Part shown: one piece after another, positions 8,682 to 18,109 of the stretch
Position numbering within the stretch: position 1 is the first letter of the stretch
Layout of the letters: each line of letters starts with the position of its first letter
NCBI RefSeq assembly: GCF_900232105.1
Contig: NZ_LT934425.1
Span: 420,001-452,000 of the forward strand
DNA: 32,000 nucleotides
Source: Candidatus Kuenenia stuttgartensis
Lineage (GTDB): Bacteria; Planctomycetota; Brocadiia; Brocadiales; Brocadiaceae
Direction of reading: 5' to 3'
The notes under the pieces: generated by a model
Told to the model about the DNA's origin: nothing
Databases searched by the model: none
The model's input: the letters and a program-made list of their open reading frames with translations, nothing else
Program-made: the position numbers and the translations under genes

Positions 8682-11258
8682 TTACCGCGGCCCTCTATCA
8701 TTAAACAGCTTCAATTGATGGTAGTCTTCTTTTGCGTCATGGTCCGGTTCTGGTTTTCCGTTCTCAACCATCTTAACGTCGATTACCTCATAACTGCTCA
8801 ACCGATTGCCTCTTGCCTTCCATCCTTTGACATCCACAAGGTTATTCAAAGACGCAACTTCACTTCGTTTTTCTTTTTTACGTCCGAAAACGCTGTGTAT
8901 CTCTGCTTTAGGGTCTGCATCCGTTGTGACAACTGCCGGAAAACTACCTTCACTTTCTCCAATGAATGAGAAGACACGGCCAACAACATCTGATTCTGTT
9001 TTAAAGCGTTTTATGTAGTAATTTTTTGATTCTCCGTCAAAATACACCGCGGTAATAATGGTTTCAGGGTTATATTTTTCAAGTATGTCAATTTTTTCAT
9101 TATCATAATGATTTGTCAGTTCAAAGGTCGTCAACTCCAATGCGCCATCCTTGTATATCACCAGTATCCTGTCTTCCCCTTCAAATTTGCCCAAATATTT
9201 CCCACGGTTTTCACTATTAAGCCTTCCAACCGTCTCGTCATACCAGATATCAATCCCGCCGAGGGTAGAAGTTCCGGCTTTTTTATGAAGTATCTTGCGA
9301 ACCGGATATTTTGTAAGCCTGTTCCCGATAGAAGCACGTCCCTTCACGGCAAGACCGGCAAAGTCATAGTCAAATGTCAGTTTGCGGGCAGCGCTTTTCG
9401 TGCTGAGTGCCACCGTTACTTCCTCTGATTCGCTGTTTGGGTTTGCGCTGAAATAAAGTACCTTTGAGCCTTTTTTCCCCTGCGACAGGTTGTAGGATTT
9501 ATCGTACGTAATGGAAGTGACTGCAAAACGTTTCACATAAACGGGACCGTCTTTTCCATCCTGATATATCATGTGGTATATCATGCGTGCGTCGTTTTTT
9601 TTCCATACCTGGGCATGTATAATATCTTTTCCGACAAATGCTTTTTCCGATACCCGTGTAACCATAAAGGTACAGTCCGACAGGAAAACAATGATGTCGT
9701 CAATATCAGAACAATCGCCAATGTACTCTTCTTTCCTGAGGCCATAGCCTATAAAACCATCCATCCTGTTAATATACAGTTTTTGATTGGCCTGGGCAAC
9801 CTGTGCAACATGAATAGTTTCAAAGTTGCGGATTTGTGTTTTTCTTTCCCGACCCTTTCCGTATTTTTTAATCAGATTTTCAAACCAGGCAATAGCGTAC
9901 TCGGTAAGATGCTTTAAATCATATTCAACCTGTTTGATTTCGACTTCCAGTGCCTTAATAGCCTCGTTGGCCTTAAAGGAATCGAAGCGGGAAATGCGTT
10001 TAATTTTTATTTCGGTGAGACTGACGATATCTTCCTCATTTATTTCACGTTGAAAATGTTTTTTATAAGGCATCAAACCTTTATCAATGGCGGCAATCAC
10101 CCCTTCCCATGTTTCACATTCTTCGATATCCCTGTAAATGCGCTTCTCAATAAATATTTTCTCCAGTGAAGAAAAATGCCATGCTTCCCGCAGTTCGCCA
10201 AGTTTAATCTCCAGCTCGCGTTTCAAAAGACCTACGGTGTGTTTTGCAGATATTTTCAGGATTTCATTCACACCGAGAAACCTTGGTTTTTCATCTATAA
10301 TGACGCATGCGTTGGGCGATATGGATATTTCACAATCAGTAAAGGCGTACAGTGCGTCAATAGTGACATCGGGAGAGACATTTGGCGGGAGTTCAACAAC
10401 TATCTCCACATCCTTTGCGGTATTGTCCACCACTCTTTTGATTTTTATCTTGCCGTTTTCATTTGCTTTTACGATGGAATCCATAACGTTAGCCGTGGTA
10501 GTCGTGTAAGGAATACTGCGGATAACCAGGGTTTTCTTCTCCAATATCTCTATTTTTGCCCGAACGTTGATTCTGCCGCCGCGCAACCCTTCGTTATAAT
10601 TGCTGAAGTCCGCCATACCTCCCGTGGGAAAGTCCGGCAGGAGATTTACTTCTTTCCCGCGCAGTGTGTCTATTGATGCTTCAAGCAATTCAATAAAATT
10701 GTGGGGCATAATCCTTGTAGCAAGACCTACGGCAATACCTTCAGCGCCTTGTGCCAGCAGCAACGGAAATTTCATGGGCAAAAGCACAGGCTCTTTCTTT
10801 CTGCCATCATATGAAAGCTGCCATTCGGTGGTTTGATTGTTAAAAGCCACTTCAAGGGCGAATTTTGAAAGACGCGCTTCGATATAACGAGGAGCGGCTG
10901 CGGAGTCACCCGTCGAAATATCGCCCCAGTTCCCCTGCGTCTCAATCAGAAGGTCTTTTTGTCCCAAATTAACCAGCGCTTCACCAATAGCGGCGTCTCC
11001 ATGTGGATGGTACTGCATGGTATGGCCAATAATATTGGCTGCTTTATTAAAGCGTCCGTCGTCCATCTGTTTCATCGAATGTAAAATACGGCGCTGAACG
11101 GGCTTTAATCCGTCAAGCAACGCAGGAACTGCCCTTTCCAGGATTACATACGATGCGTATTCAAGAAACCAGTTGCTGTACATTTCCGAAACATGAAGCG
11201 CCTCATGGATGACGCCATTTGCTTCAGAAGAACTTTTAAACATTTTATTATTAACCAT
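8682..11258 (-). CDS. parC: DNA topoisomerase IV subunit A (ParC), Bacteroidetes-like type
   Basis: YASYVILERAVPALLDGLKPVQRRIL, HPHGDAAIGEALVNLGQ, catalytic Tyr in AAPRYIEARLS, C-terminal pinwheel region with NRLTKYPVRKI and STLGGIDIWYDE. Confidence 0.93.
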   Translation of the reverse strand: MVNNKMFKSSSEANGVIHEALHVSEMYSNWFLEYASYVILERAVPALLDGLKPVQRRILHSMKQMDDGRFNKAANIIGHTMQYHPHGDAAIGEALVNLGQKDLLIETQGNWGDISTGDSAAAPRYIEARLSKFALEVAFNNQTTEWQLSYDGRKKEPVLLPMKFPLLLAQGAEGIAVGLATRIMPHNFIELLEASIDTLRGKEVNLLPDFPTGGMADFSNYNEGLRGGRINVRAKIEILEKKTLVIRSIPYTTTTANVMDSIVKANENGKIKIKRVVDNTAKDVEIVVELPPNVSPDVTIDALYAFTDCEISISPNACVIIDEKPRFLGVNEILKISAKHTVGLLKRELEIKLGELREAWHFSSLEKIFIEKRIYRDIEECETWEGVIAAIDKGLMPYKKHFQREINEEDIVSLTEIKIKRISRFDSFKANEAIKALEVEIKQVEYDLKHLTEYAIAWFENLIKKYGKGRERKTQIRNFETIHVAQVAQANQKLYINRMDGFIGYGLRKEEYIGDCSDIDDIIVFLSDCTFMVTRVSEKAFVGKDIIHAQVWKKNDARMIYHMIYQDGKDGPVYVKRFAVTSITYDKSYNLSQGKKGSKVLYFSANPNSESEEVTVALSTKSAARKLTFDYDFAGLAVKGRASIGNRLTKYPVRKILHKKAGTSTLGGIDIWYDETVGRLNSENRGKYLGKFEGEDRILVIYKDGALELTTFELTNHYDNEKIDILEKYNPETIITAVYFDGESKNYYIKRFKTESDVVGRVFSFIGESEGSFPAVVTTDADPKAEIHSVFGRKKEKRSEVASLNNLVDVKGWKARGNRLSSYEVIDVKMVENGKPEPDHDAKEDYHQLKLFNDRGPR

Positions 11259-11262
11259 ACTC

Positions 11263-13104
11263 TTAAGCTACATTCTTCTCAACGGACAGGTTCTCGATAA
11301 TAAATGTTTGCCGGTCAGGGGTATTTTTCCCCATATAGTAGCTCAGCGTCTGAACAATTGAATCTTTTTGTCCAAGCACTAAAGGCTGCAGACGAATATT
11401 TTCGCCAATAAATTGTCCAAATTCATTTGGCGATATCTCTCCCAAGCCTTTAAAACGCGTTATTTCAGGATTTTTACCCATCTTATTCATCGCTGCGAGT
11501 TTCTCTTCCTCGTTATAACAATACATTGTCTCATTCTTATTGCGAACACGAAACAGCGGTGTTTCAAGTATATACACGTGCCCGTTCTTCACTAAATCGG
11601 AGAAAAACTGTAAAAAGAACGTCATCAATAGCAGGCGGATGTGCATCCCGTCAACATCTGCATCGGTGGCAATAATCACGTTATTGTAGCGCAGATTTTC
11701 AATACCGTCTTCAATATTCAAAGCGTGCTGGAGCAGATTAAATTCTTCGTTTTCGTAGACCACTTTTTTGGTTAATCCAAAGCAATTAAGCGGTTTGCCC
11801 CGCAAACTGAAGATGGCCTGAGTCTCCACATTGCGCGCTTTCGTAATTGAACCGCTCGCAGAATCCCCTTCTGTAATAAAGATAGAACTTTCGTAACGTT
11901 GTTCATTCTTTTCGCTATTGTAGTGTATACGGCAATCCCGCAATTTTTTGTTATGGAGATTGGCCTTCTTTGCCCTCTGATTTGCCAGTTTCTTTATGCC
12001 GGCGATTTCTTTGCGTTCCCGCTCAGACTGCAGGATACGCTTCAAAAGCTTTTCTGCAACATCATTATGCTTATGCAGATAATCGTCCAGTTCTTTTTTC
12101 ACATAATCGTTAACAAATGCACGAATGGAAATGCCGTCCGGGCTGATATTAATCGAGCCTAGTTTTGTTTTCGTCTGCGATTCAAACACCGGCTCCTGTA
12201 TGCGCACACTAATAGCGCCAACAATGGAAGCCCTGATGTCAGCGGCGTCGAAATCCTTTTTATAAAACTCGCGTACCGTCCTGACTATTGCTTCACGGAA
12301 AGCGGCCAGGTGAGTACCCCCCTGGGTTGTGTGCTGTCCGTTTACAAAGGAATAGTACTCTTCGCCATACTGGTCGGCATGGGTAAAAGCAAATTCAATA
12401 TCCCTGTCGCGGGAATGGATAATCGGATACCGCAGGGTCTCCGGGTCAGTTTTCCGGGTAAGTAAATCAAAAAGACCATTTTCGGAATGAATTTTCCTTC
12501 CGTTAAAGTCAATGGTCAATCCGGCATTGAGGTAGGCATAATTCCAGATTTGATTCTCAAGAAAATCGGGAATAAAACGGTAATTTTTAAATATCTTCTC
12601 ATCAGGAATAAATTGTATTAATGTCCCGTTTCGATGGCTGGTCTTTTCAACCGGGAAATCTTTCGTCATATTGCCACGGGAAAACTCAACGGATTTCGCA
12701 TTGCCGTCACGTATAGATTGCACCATGAAATAACCTGATAATGCATTCACCGCTTTCGTACCAATGCCATTCAACCCTACTGATTTCTGAAATGCCTCAG
12801 AATCGTATTTACCACCGGTGTTAATTTTGGCGACACAGTCGAATACTTTCCCCAGCGGGATGCCGCGCCCATAATCGCGCACCGTCACCTCATGTTCACT
12901 GATTTTAATCTCTATTGTCTTTCCGAAACCCATCACATATTCATCAATAGAGTTATCAACCACTTCCTTCACCAGCACATAGATGCCGTCATCCATAGAC
13001 GACCCATCGCCAAGTTTACCAATATACATCCCGGGACGAAGACGGATATGTTCCTTCCAGTCCAGTGATTTTATATGTTCTTCCGTGTATGCTGACTTCA
13101 CCAT
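11263..13104 (-). CDS. parE: DNA topoisomerase IV subunit B (ParE), paired with the adjacent parC
   Basis: GHKL ATPase ([32 protein letters not shown]-like [13 protein letters not shown]), Toprim ([23 protein letters not shown]). Only 4 nt separate it from parC. Confidence 0.94.
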   Translation of the reverse strand: MVKSAYTEEHIKSLDWKEHIRLRPGMYIGKLGDGSSMDDGIYVLVKEVVDNSIDEYVMGFGKTIEIKISEHEVTVRDYGRGIPLGKVFDCVAKINTGGKYDSEAFQKSVGLNGIGTKAVNALSGYFMVQSIRDGNAKSVEFSRGNMTKDFPVEKTSHRNGTLIQFIPDEKIFKNYRFIPDFLENQIWNYAYLNAGLTIDFNGRKIHSENGLFDLLTRKTDPETLRYPIIHSRDRDIEFAFTHADQYGEEYYSFVNGQHTTQGGTHLAAFREAIVRTVREFYKKDFDAADIRASIVGAISVRIQEPVFESQTKTKLGSINISPDGISIRAFVNDYVKKELDDYLHKHNDVAEKLLKRILQSERERKEIAGIKKLANQRAKKANLHNKKLRDCRIHYNSEKNEQRYESSIFITEGDSASGSITKARNVETQAIFSLRGKPLNCFGLTKKVVYENEEFNLLQHALNIEDGIENLRYNNVIIATDADVDGMHIRLLLMTFFLQFFSDLVKNGHVYILETPLFRVRNKNETMYCYNEEEKLAAMNKMGKNPEITRFKGLGEISPNEFGQFIGENIRLQPLVLGQKDSIVQTLSYYMGKNTPDRQTFIIENLSVEKNVA

Positions 13105-13280
13105 GATAAATCCTTTAAAAAAATATGATTACTACTCTGCCGGTTTAAACAGATACGTTGGAGAGTTACGATTTACGATTTGAATTTTGGGATTTGGGAT
13201 TTTTTTAATCTGTGTAATCGTTCGACTGAGCTCTCGACGAAGTCTGTGAAATCTGTGGTTTCCTTTTTATTAATTCATGA

Positions 13281-13964
13281 TTAACACATTTGCCTAAGCA
13301 ATTCCCCGGGAATGCTTATATCGGTAACGACAACCTCTCCCGTATGATTTGGCCCTTCTCCCAGATAAAATCCCTTTTTGCACGCGGCAAAAGTTATCGT
13401 TTTTCCTGCCTTTATTGCAGCTCCCAATACATTGCCGGTATCACAATCTAAGCCGGATGGTATATCCACAGCTATGATTTTTTTCTTCAGTGTATTTATC
13501 CCACGAATCAATGTTGTAAACGGTTCACGCACCTCTCCGGACAATCCTGTGCCAAAGAGCGCATCAATGAGCATTGTAAAGCGTTTCAGATTATCAATGG
13601 CATCATTTACCGCCTGAAGATCAATATATTCTTTTACCGGTATCTTCATATTCAGAAGTATTCGCAGGTTTATACCGGCGTCGCTTTTCTTTGGAATATC
13701 CGTTGTTTTTGCAAAAATAAATACTTCAACCGGAATGCCTTTATTAGAAAGGTGTCTTGCTGCAACAAAACCATCCCCTCCGTTGTTGCCCTTGCCGCAT
13801 ACAATAGCAATTTTTTCTCTCTGCAGGTCACCGGTTTCTCTCACCACCTCCTCTGCCACAGTTCTGCCTGCATTTTCCATCAGGAGCATCCCGGGAATCT
13901 GATATTCCTCAATAGCTTTCCGGTCAAGTTCTCTCATTTCTTCACGGGTCAATGATTTCTTCAT
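13281..13964 (-). CDS. nnrE: NAD(P)H-hydrate epimerase (YjeF N-terminal domain only)
   Basis: MLLMENAGRTVAEEV, VCGKGNNGGDGFVAARHL, DALFGTGLSGEVREP, VDIPSGLDCDTG. Confidence 0.92.
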   Translation of the reverse strand: MKKSLTREEMRELDRKAIEEYQIPGMLLMENAGRTVAEEVVRETGDLQREKIAIVCGKGNNGGDGFVAARHLSNKGIPVEVFIFAKTTDIPKKSDAGINLRILLNMKIPVKEYIDLQAVNDAIDNLKRFTMLIDALFGTGLSGEVREPFTTLIRGINTLKKKIIAVDIPSGLDCDTGNVLGAAIKAGKTITFAACKKGFYLGEGPNHTGEVVVTDISIPGELLRQMC

Positions 13965-13965
13965 C

Positions 13966-15384
13966 TTAATACACCCTCAACAAATTCGTTGAACCAGGTA
14001 TCCCTACCGGTACACCTCCGGTAATCGCAATGGTTTCATTTTCGCCAATGTATCCTGCTTGTTTTGCCGCCTCTATGCCTTTTTTCATCATATCATCGGT
14101 ATTTTCCATTGATTCGGTAAGAATCGGTATAACACCCCACACCAATGCAAGCCTTCTGTAGGTGCATACCGAAGGAGTTACAGCAAGGATCTTCTGCCGC
14201 GGGCGATACTTTGAAATAAAACGAGCCGTACTTCCCGATTGGGTACAGGTGATAATCGTATTCATGTTTAATTCATTTGCGACCTGACACGTTGCTATGC
14301 TTATGGCGTCAGGAATAGTGGTACGGTTTTCCGGTATGCGAAATTTTTCGAATGTATTGCTTTGCGTTAAATCAGGCTCAATTTGTTTCGCAATCTTCGT
14401 TAGCATTAGCACCGCATCGGCAGGATAGCGCCCTATTGCCGACTCTTCTGAGAGCATTACCGCATCGCTTCCGTCAAGAATCGCATTTGCGACATCGGTC
14501 ACCTCTGCCCGTGTGGGGCGATAGTTATTTACCATTGAAGCCAGCATTTGCGTTGCGGTAATCACTGGTTTGCCGTATCTGTTTGCAAGCCGGATAATCA
14601 TTTTCTGAACGGAAGGAACTCTCTCCAGTGGTATTTCAACCCCAAGATCTCCCCGTGCAACCATAATTGCATCCGCAGTATTCACAATTTTTTCTATATT
14701 ATCTACTGCCTCGTGCTTTTCAATTTTCGCGATAATTGGGATAGTTTTGCCTTTCTTCTGTATAAGGTCCCGCAATTCCGTTATATCCTCAGCGGTTTTT
14801 ACAAAAGACATCGCTACGTAATCAACCCCTTGCTCTATTCCAAATTCCAGATCCTTTTTATCCTTTTCCGTTAATGAGGATACCGGCAAACTTCGTGCAG
14901 GAATATTAATTCCCTTTCGAGAGGTCAGTACCCCTCCCACAATTACCTTGCAATGAATATTTCTATCATCCTTTTGTATGACTTCTACTTCTATTTCTCC
15001 GTCACTTAACAGAAGGGTATCGCCTATAGATACATTCATGGGTAAATCTGAATAATTGATTGATATAACACGCTCATTCCCCACTATATTCCTGGTGGTA
15101 AGGGTAAATGTATCGTTTGTCTTCAAGGTAACCGCATCGCCGGAAAGCATCCCGATTCTTATCTTTGGCCCTGACAAATCCTGGAGCACGGCAACGGGTT
15201 GCATTAATTTTTCCGAAATGGCGCGAATATGGGAAATACACTCTTTGTGTTGGGATAGTTCGCCATGCGAAAAATTAAGACGTGCCACATTCATCCCGGC
15301 ACATATTAACTGTTCAATCATAGCCGGAGAATTACTCGCCGGCCCAATGGTACATACTATTTTTGTTTTTCTGTAATTATTCAT
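13966..15384 (-). CDS. pyk: Pyruvate kinase
   Basis: KTKIVCTIGPASNSPAMIEQLICAGMNVARLNFSHG, MVARGDLGVEIPLERVPSVQK, KPVITATQMLASM. Confidence 0.97.
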   Translation of the reverse strand: MNNYRKTKIVCTIGPASNSPAMIEQLICAGMNVARLNFSHGELSQHKECISHIRAISEKLMQPVAVLQDLSGPKIRIGMLSGDAVTLKTNDTFTLTTRNIVGNERVISINYSDLPMNVSIGDTLLLSDGEIEVEVIQKDDRNIHCKVIVGGVLTSRKGINIPARSLPVSSLTEKDKKDLEFGIEQGVDYVAMSFVKTAEDITELRDLIQKKGKTIPIIAKIEKHEAVDNIEKIVNTADAIMVARGDLGVEIPLERVPSVQKMIIRLANRYGKPVITATQMLASMVNNYRPTRAEVTDVANAILDGSDAVMLSEESAIGRYPADAVLMLTKIAKQIEPDLTQSNTFEKFRIPENRTTIPDAISIATCQVANELNMNTIITCTQSGSTARFISKYRPRQKILAVTPSVCTYRRLALVWGVIPILTESMENTDDMMKKGIEAAKQAGYIGENETIAITGGVPVGIPGSTNLLRVY

Positions 15385-15405
15385 TTTTCACAATTGTCGA
15401 ATTAG

Positions 15406-15436
15406 TTTAGTTTTTCAAAAAACTAAAATGTTACCC
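15406..15436 (-). repeat. Copy of the TTTAGTTTTTTGAAAAAC intergenic repeat
   Basis: TTTAGTTTTT-CA-AAAAACTAAA 10-bp palindrome followed by ATGTTACCC; similar to the 16720..16748 copy. Confidence 0.65.
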
Positions 15437-15540
15437 AATTATCATATTTTACAATTAAATATTTTGACAAAAAGTGCAAGGAAATAACTTTTAAGTGGGT
15501 TGTAATTCTACATGTATTTCGGGCAAACGAAAATTGTTAC

Positions 15541-15780
15541 TTAATCTCTAAATACAGGCCTCATATTTATTTTCAATATGCTATCTTCATCCTTTTTTTC
15601 TTTTTCCCGCTCGCTTTTTCTTGCTCTCGCCTTTTCAAGTTCTCTTTCAAGCATTTTTCCAAGTTCCTTTTCTTTTTCTAGCTCTTTTTGCAATTCCTGG
15701 ATAATTAAGGACGATCGCATGTATTCGCAGATCAGACAAAAATTTATAAATAAGCTTATATAAAAAACAATATCTATCAT
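15541..15780 (-). CDS. Small membrane-anchored charged helical protein, unknown function
   Basis: 79 aa: N-terminal hydrophobic helix IVFYISLFINFCLICEYM, then highly charged ELQKELEKEKELGKMLERELEKARARKSEREKEKKDED. Confidence 0.5.
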   Translation of the reverse strand: MIDIVFYISLFINFCLICEYMRSSLIIQELQKELEKEKELGKMLERELEKARARKSEREKEKKDEDSILKINMRPVFRD

Positions 15781-15871
15781 TCCCTCTTCTTTCTCATCTA
15801 TAATTAGTCATTTGTCATTAGTCTCTCGTCTCTCGTTAACCGCCGATTATAGATTGCCGACAAAAGAAGTC

Positions 15872-16570
15872 TTATGACACAACCCCTTTATCCCTCAAAC
15901 TTACATAACATCCATTCCCTACAATAATATGATCCAGGACTTTTATACCTACAATATTGCCCACTTCCTGAAGCCTCTGTGTTATTTGTATATCTTCCTT
16001 GCTTGGTTCAGGGTCACCGGAAGGGTGGTTATGCACAAAAACTACCGATGCGGCAGATTCTTTAATAGCAGGGCTAAATACCTCCCGCGGATGCACAATG
16101 CTGAGTGTTAAACTCCCTATGGAAATAGTCAATTCTTTTATGATCCGGTTTTTATTGTCTAGTAATGTAATAAGAAAATATTCCTGCTTCTTTTCCCTCA
16201 ACCTTTCGTGAAAATGATGGAAAATATCGCTGCTCTTTTTAAATTGTTGCGCCGTTTTTACCGGAATGGTAGAAAATCGTCTCGCAATGGCAAGCGAGGC
16301 CTTGATTTGCGCTGCACGGGCAGGGCCTATGCCTTTCACCTTGCATAGTTCACCTATTGAAATAGCACTTAATGCTCGAAAATCACCATAGTCAGAAAGA
16401 AGTTTCTTCGCTAAATCAATGGCGCTATATTCCTGCGTTCCATCGCGGATTATGATGCCTAAAAGCTCCGCATCGGTTAAATGTTCTTCACTGCCCTGGA
16501 TTAGCCTTTCACGTGGGCGTTCGTTGAGAGGCAATTGTTTTATTGTAGGGCGTTTACTTTTTTCCTGCAT
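15872..16570 (-). CDS. radC: RadC/JAB domain DNA repair-like protein
   Basis: GIGPARAAQIKASLAIARR helix-hairpin-helix and JAB motif VFVHNHPSGDPEPSKED. Confidence 0.95.
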   Translation of the reverse strand: MQEKSKRPTIKQLPLNERPRERLIQGSEEHLTDAELLGIIIRDGTQEYSAIDLAKKLLSDYGDFRALSAISIGELCKVKGIGPARAAQIKASLAIARRFSTIPVKTAQQFKKSSDIFHHFHERLREKKQEYFLITLLDNKNRIIKELTISIGSLTLSIVHPREVFSPAIKESAASVVFVHNHPSGDPEPSKEDIQITQRLQEVGNIVGIKVLDHIIVGNGCYVSLRDKGVVS

Positions 16571-16635
16571 TTTTTTGTAGACGATAACTTTTCAATTATT
16601 CCGGCCGGCAAAAATGAATGGACATGTATTTTAGC

Positions 16636-16742
16636 AACACTTTAGTTTTTTGAAAAACTCCAACAATCGTATTATCTTAAATGCGTTCACACCCAAATGG
16701 GCAAATGCTTCGCCTCTACTTTTTCAAAAAAACTAAAGTGTT
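16636..16742. repeat. MITE-like element with ~22-bp terminal inverted repeats
   Basis: Left arm AACACTTTAGTTTTTTGAAAAA (16636..16657) is inverted at the right arm TTTTTCAAAAAAACTAAAGTGTT (16720..16742), with one extra A. Confidence 0.75.
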
Positions 16743-16866
16743 ACGTAATTCTAAGCGAAAAAATATTTAATTACAAAACAATGACGGTTTATAGTAAAAT
16801 CAGTCTTGTTGTTTGTATATAACAACAACCATCACGCTTCGCAAGAACTATTTTTCAGGAGTTCCT

Positions 16867-17418
16867 ATGCATAGTAACACAACATTTACCGCCATTGCCC
16901 ACCGGCAACATAATGACGAACGGCACAATGTTTTAATAAAAGAAGCCTTGTCCCTCGGCTGCGAACAAGCCTTTTTTATACACCCCGATGTGATAAGCAT
17001 TGCACGATGGGTTCAATTAAAATGTAAATACGGCTGCAGCGAATACAATAAAAAACTAACATGCCCCCCACATTCCCCTGCTTATGATGAAATGAAAGAA
17101 ATTCTGAAAGAATACAGCAATGCATTGCTCTTGCATGGCCACCTGAGCTGGCAAATGAGATATATGATAACAAAAATTGAAGAAAAGGCTTTCTCCCTGG
17201 GATTTTACAAAGCTTTTGGACTAGGAGCAGGCCCATGCCAATTATGCGAACAATGCGATGCTGCTTCAACATGCATTCGCACGGAGGAAGCCAGGCCATC
17301 AATGGAAGCATGCGGCATTGATGTATATCAGACTGTAAGAAACCTTAATCTTAAAATAGAAACACTCACGAGTAAAACCGACGAAGTGAATATATATGGC
17401 CTGGTTTTGTTAGAATAA
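16867..17418 (+). CDS. DUF2284 domain-containing (Cys-rich metal-binding) protein
   Basis: CKYGCSEYNKKLTCPPHSPAYDEM and GLGAGPCQLCEQCDAASTCIRTEEARPSMEACGIDVYQT. The internal Met at 16867 is the likelier start compared with the listed 16813. Confidence 0.82.
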   Translation: MHSNTTFTAIAHRQHNDERHNVLIKEALSLGCEQAFFIHPDVISIARWVQLKCKYGCSEYNKKLTCPPHSPAYDEMKEILKEYSNALLLHGHLSWQMRYMITKIEEKAFSLGFYKAFGLGAGPCQLCEQCDAASTCIRTEEARPSMEACGIDVYQTVRNLNLKIETLTSKTDEVNIYGLVLLE

Positions 17419-17440
17419 ATTATAGGGAAGGGAGATTACT

Positions 17441-17752
17441 ATGCTGTCAGAAATTATGAAAAAAGCAGTAAACCTTGGTTTTGGCGCAATGCTTGTAACG
17501 AAAGAAAATGCAAACGAACTCATTGAAGAAATGGTGCGAAAAGGCGAAATCCAAAAGGATGAAACCCTCGCGCAAGTAAAAGAAATACTGAAGAAAATCC
17601 TTCCCAGCAAAGAAGAGATTGAAACACGGACGGAAGAATTAGTAGAAAAAATACTCCACAAGCTTGACATACCGACACGGCACGAACTCCAGGAAATGCA
17701 AAAAAAACTTGAAGCTATTTTGAAAGAATTAGACATCAAGGAAAAGAAGTAA
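17441..17752 (+). CDS. Phasin-like coiled-coil protein
   Basis: 103 aa: LGFGAMLVTKENANELIEEMVRKGEI, characteristic of phasin-superfamily proteins found beside UbiB kinases. Confidence 0.7.
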   Translation: MLSEIMKKAVNLGFGAMLVTKENANELIEEMVRKGEIQKDETLAQVKEILKKILPSKEEIETRTEELVEKILHKLDIPTRHELQEMQKKLEAILKELDIKEKK

Positions 17753-17901
17753 GGGACTTGGAATTTTCTATTCTATAGTAGCAGTCGGCAGATTTAGGAC
17801 TGTGGACTAGGGTGGCAAGGACAAACCCTGTTTTTCAGTGTTGAACTCTCACTCCGTTGTCTATGAAGCATCCATTTTGAAATGTGGATATGCAACGACG
17901 G

Positions 17902-17974
17902 CAGGGGCGAAGCATTTGCCAGTTTGGCTATGAACGCATCTATGACAATTTGTAGCAAATGCTTCGCCCCTGCT
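17902..17974. repeat. 73-bp element with perfect 19-bp inverted repeats
   Basis: GCAGGGGCGAAGCATTTGC (17902..17920) and GCAAATGCTTCGCCCCTGC (17956..17974). Confidence 0.85.
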
Positions 17975-18109
17975 TTTGCAATTACAAAGCATTGAGCAAA
18001 TATTACGAAACCACAGACAAGCAAGGCTTTTCTGTGCCACCCATTACGGAATAATTGCTTTGTATCAATTTGACAAATCACAAACTGTAAACCTTTTGAG
18101 TATAACTTC

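Noticed and set aside
9108-12162. Several plus-strand ORFs opposite parC/parE (for example 9108..9428, 10176..10676, 11899..12162)
   Set aside because: They lie antisense inside confidently identified genes and have no recognisable families; treated as shadow ORFs.
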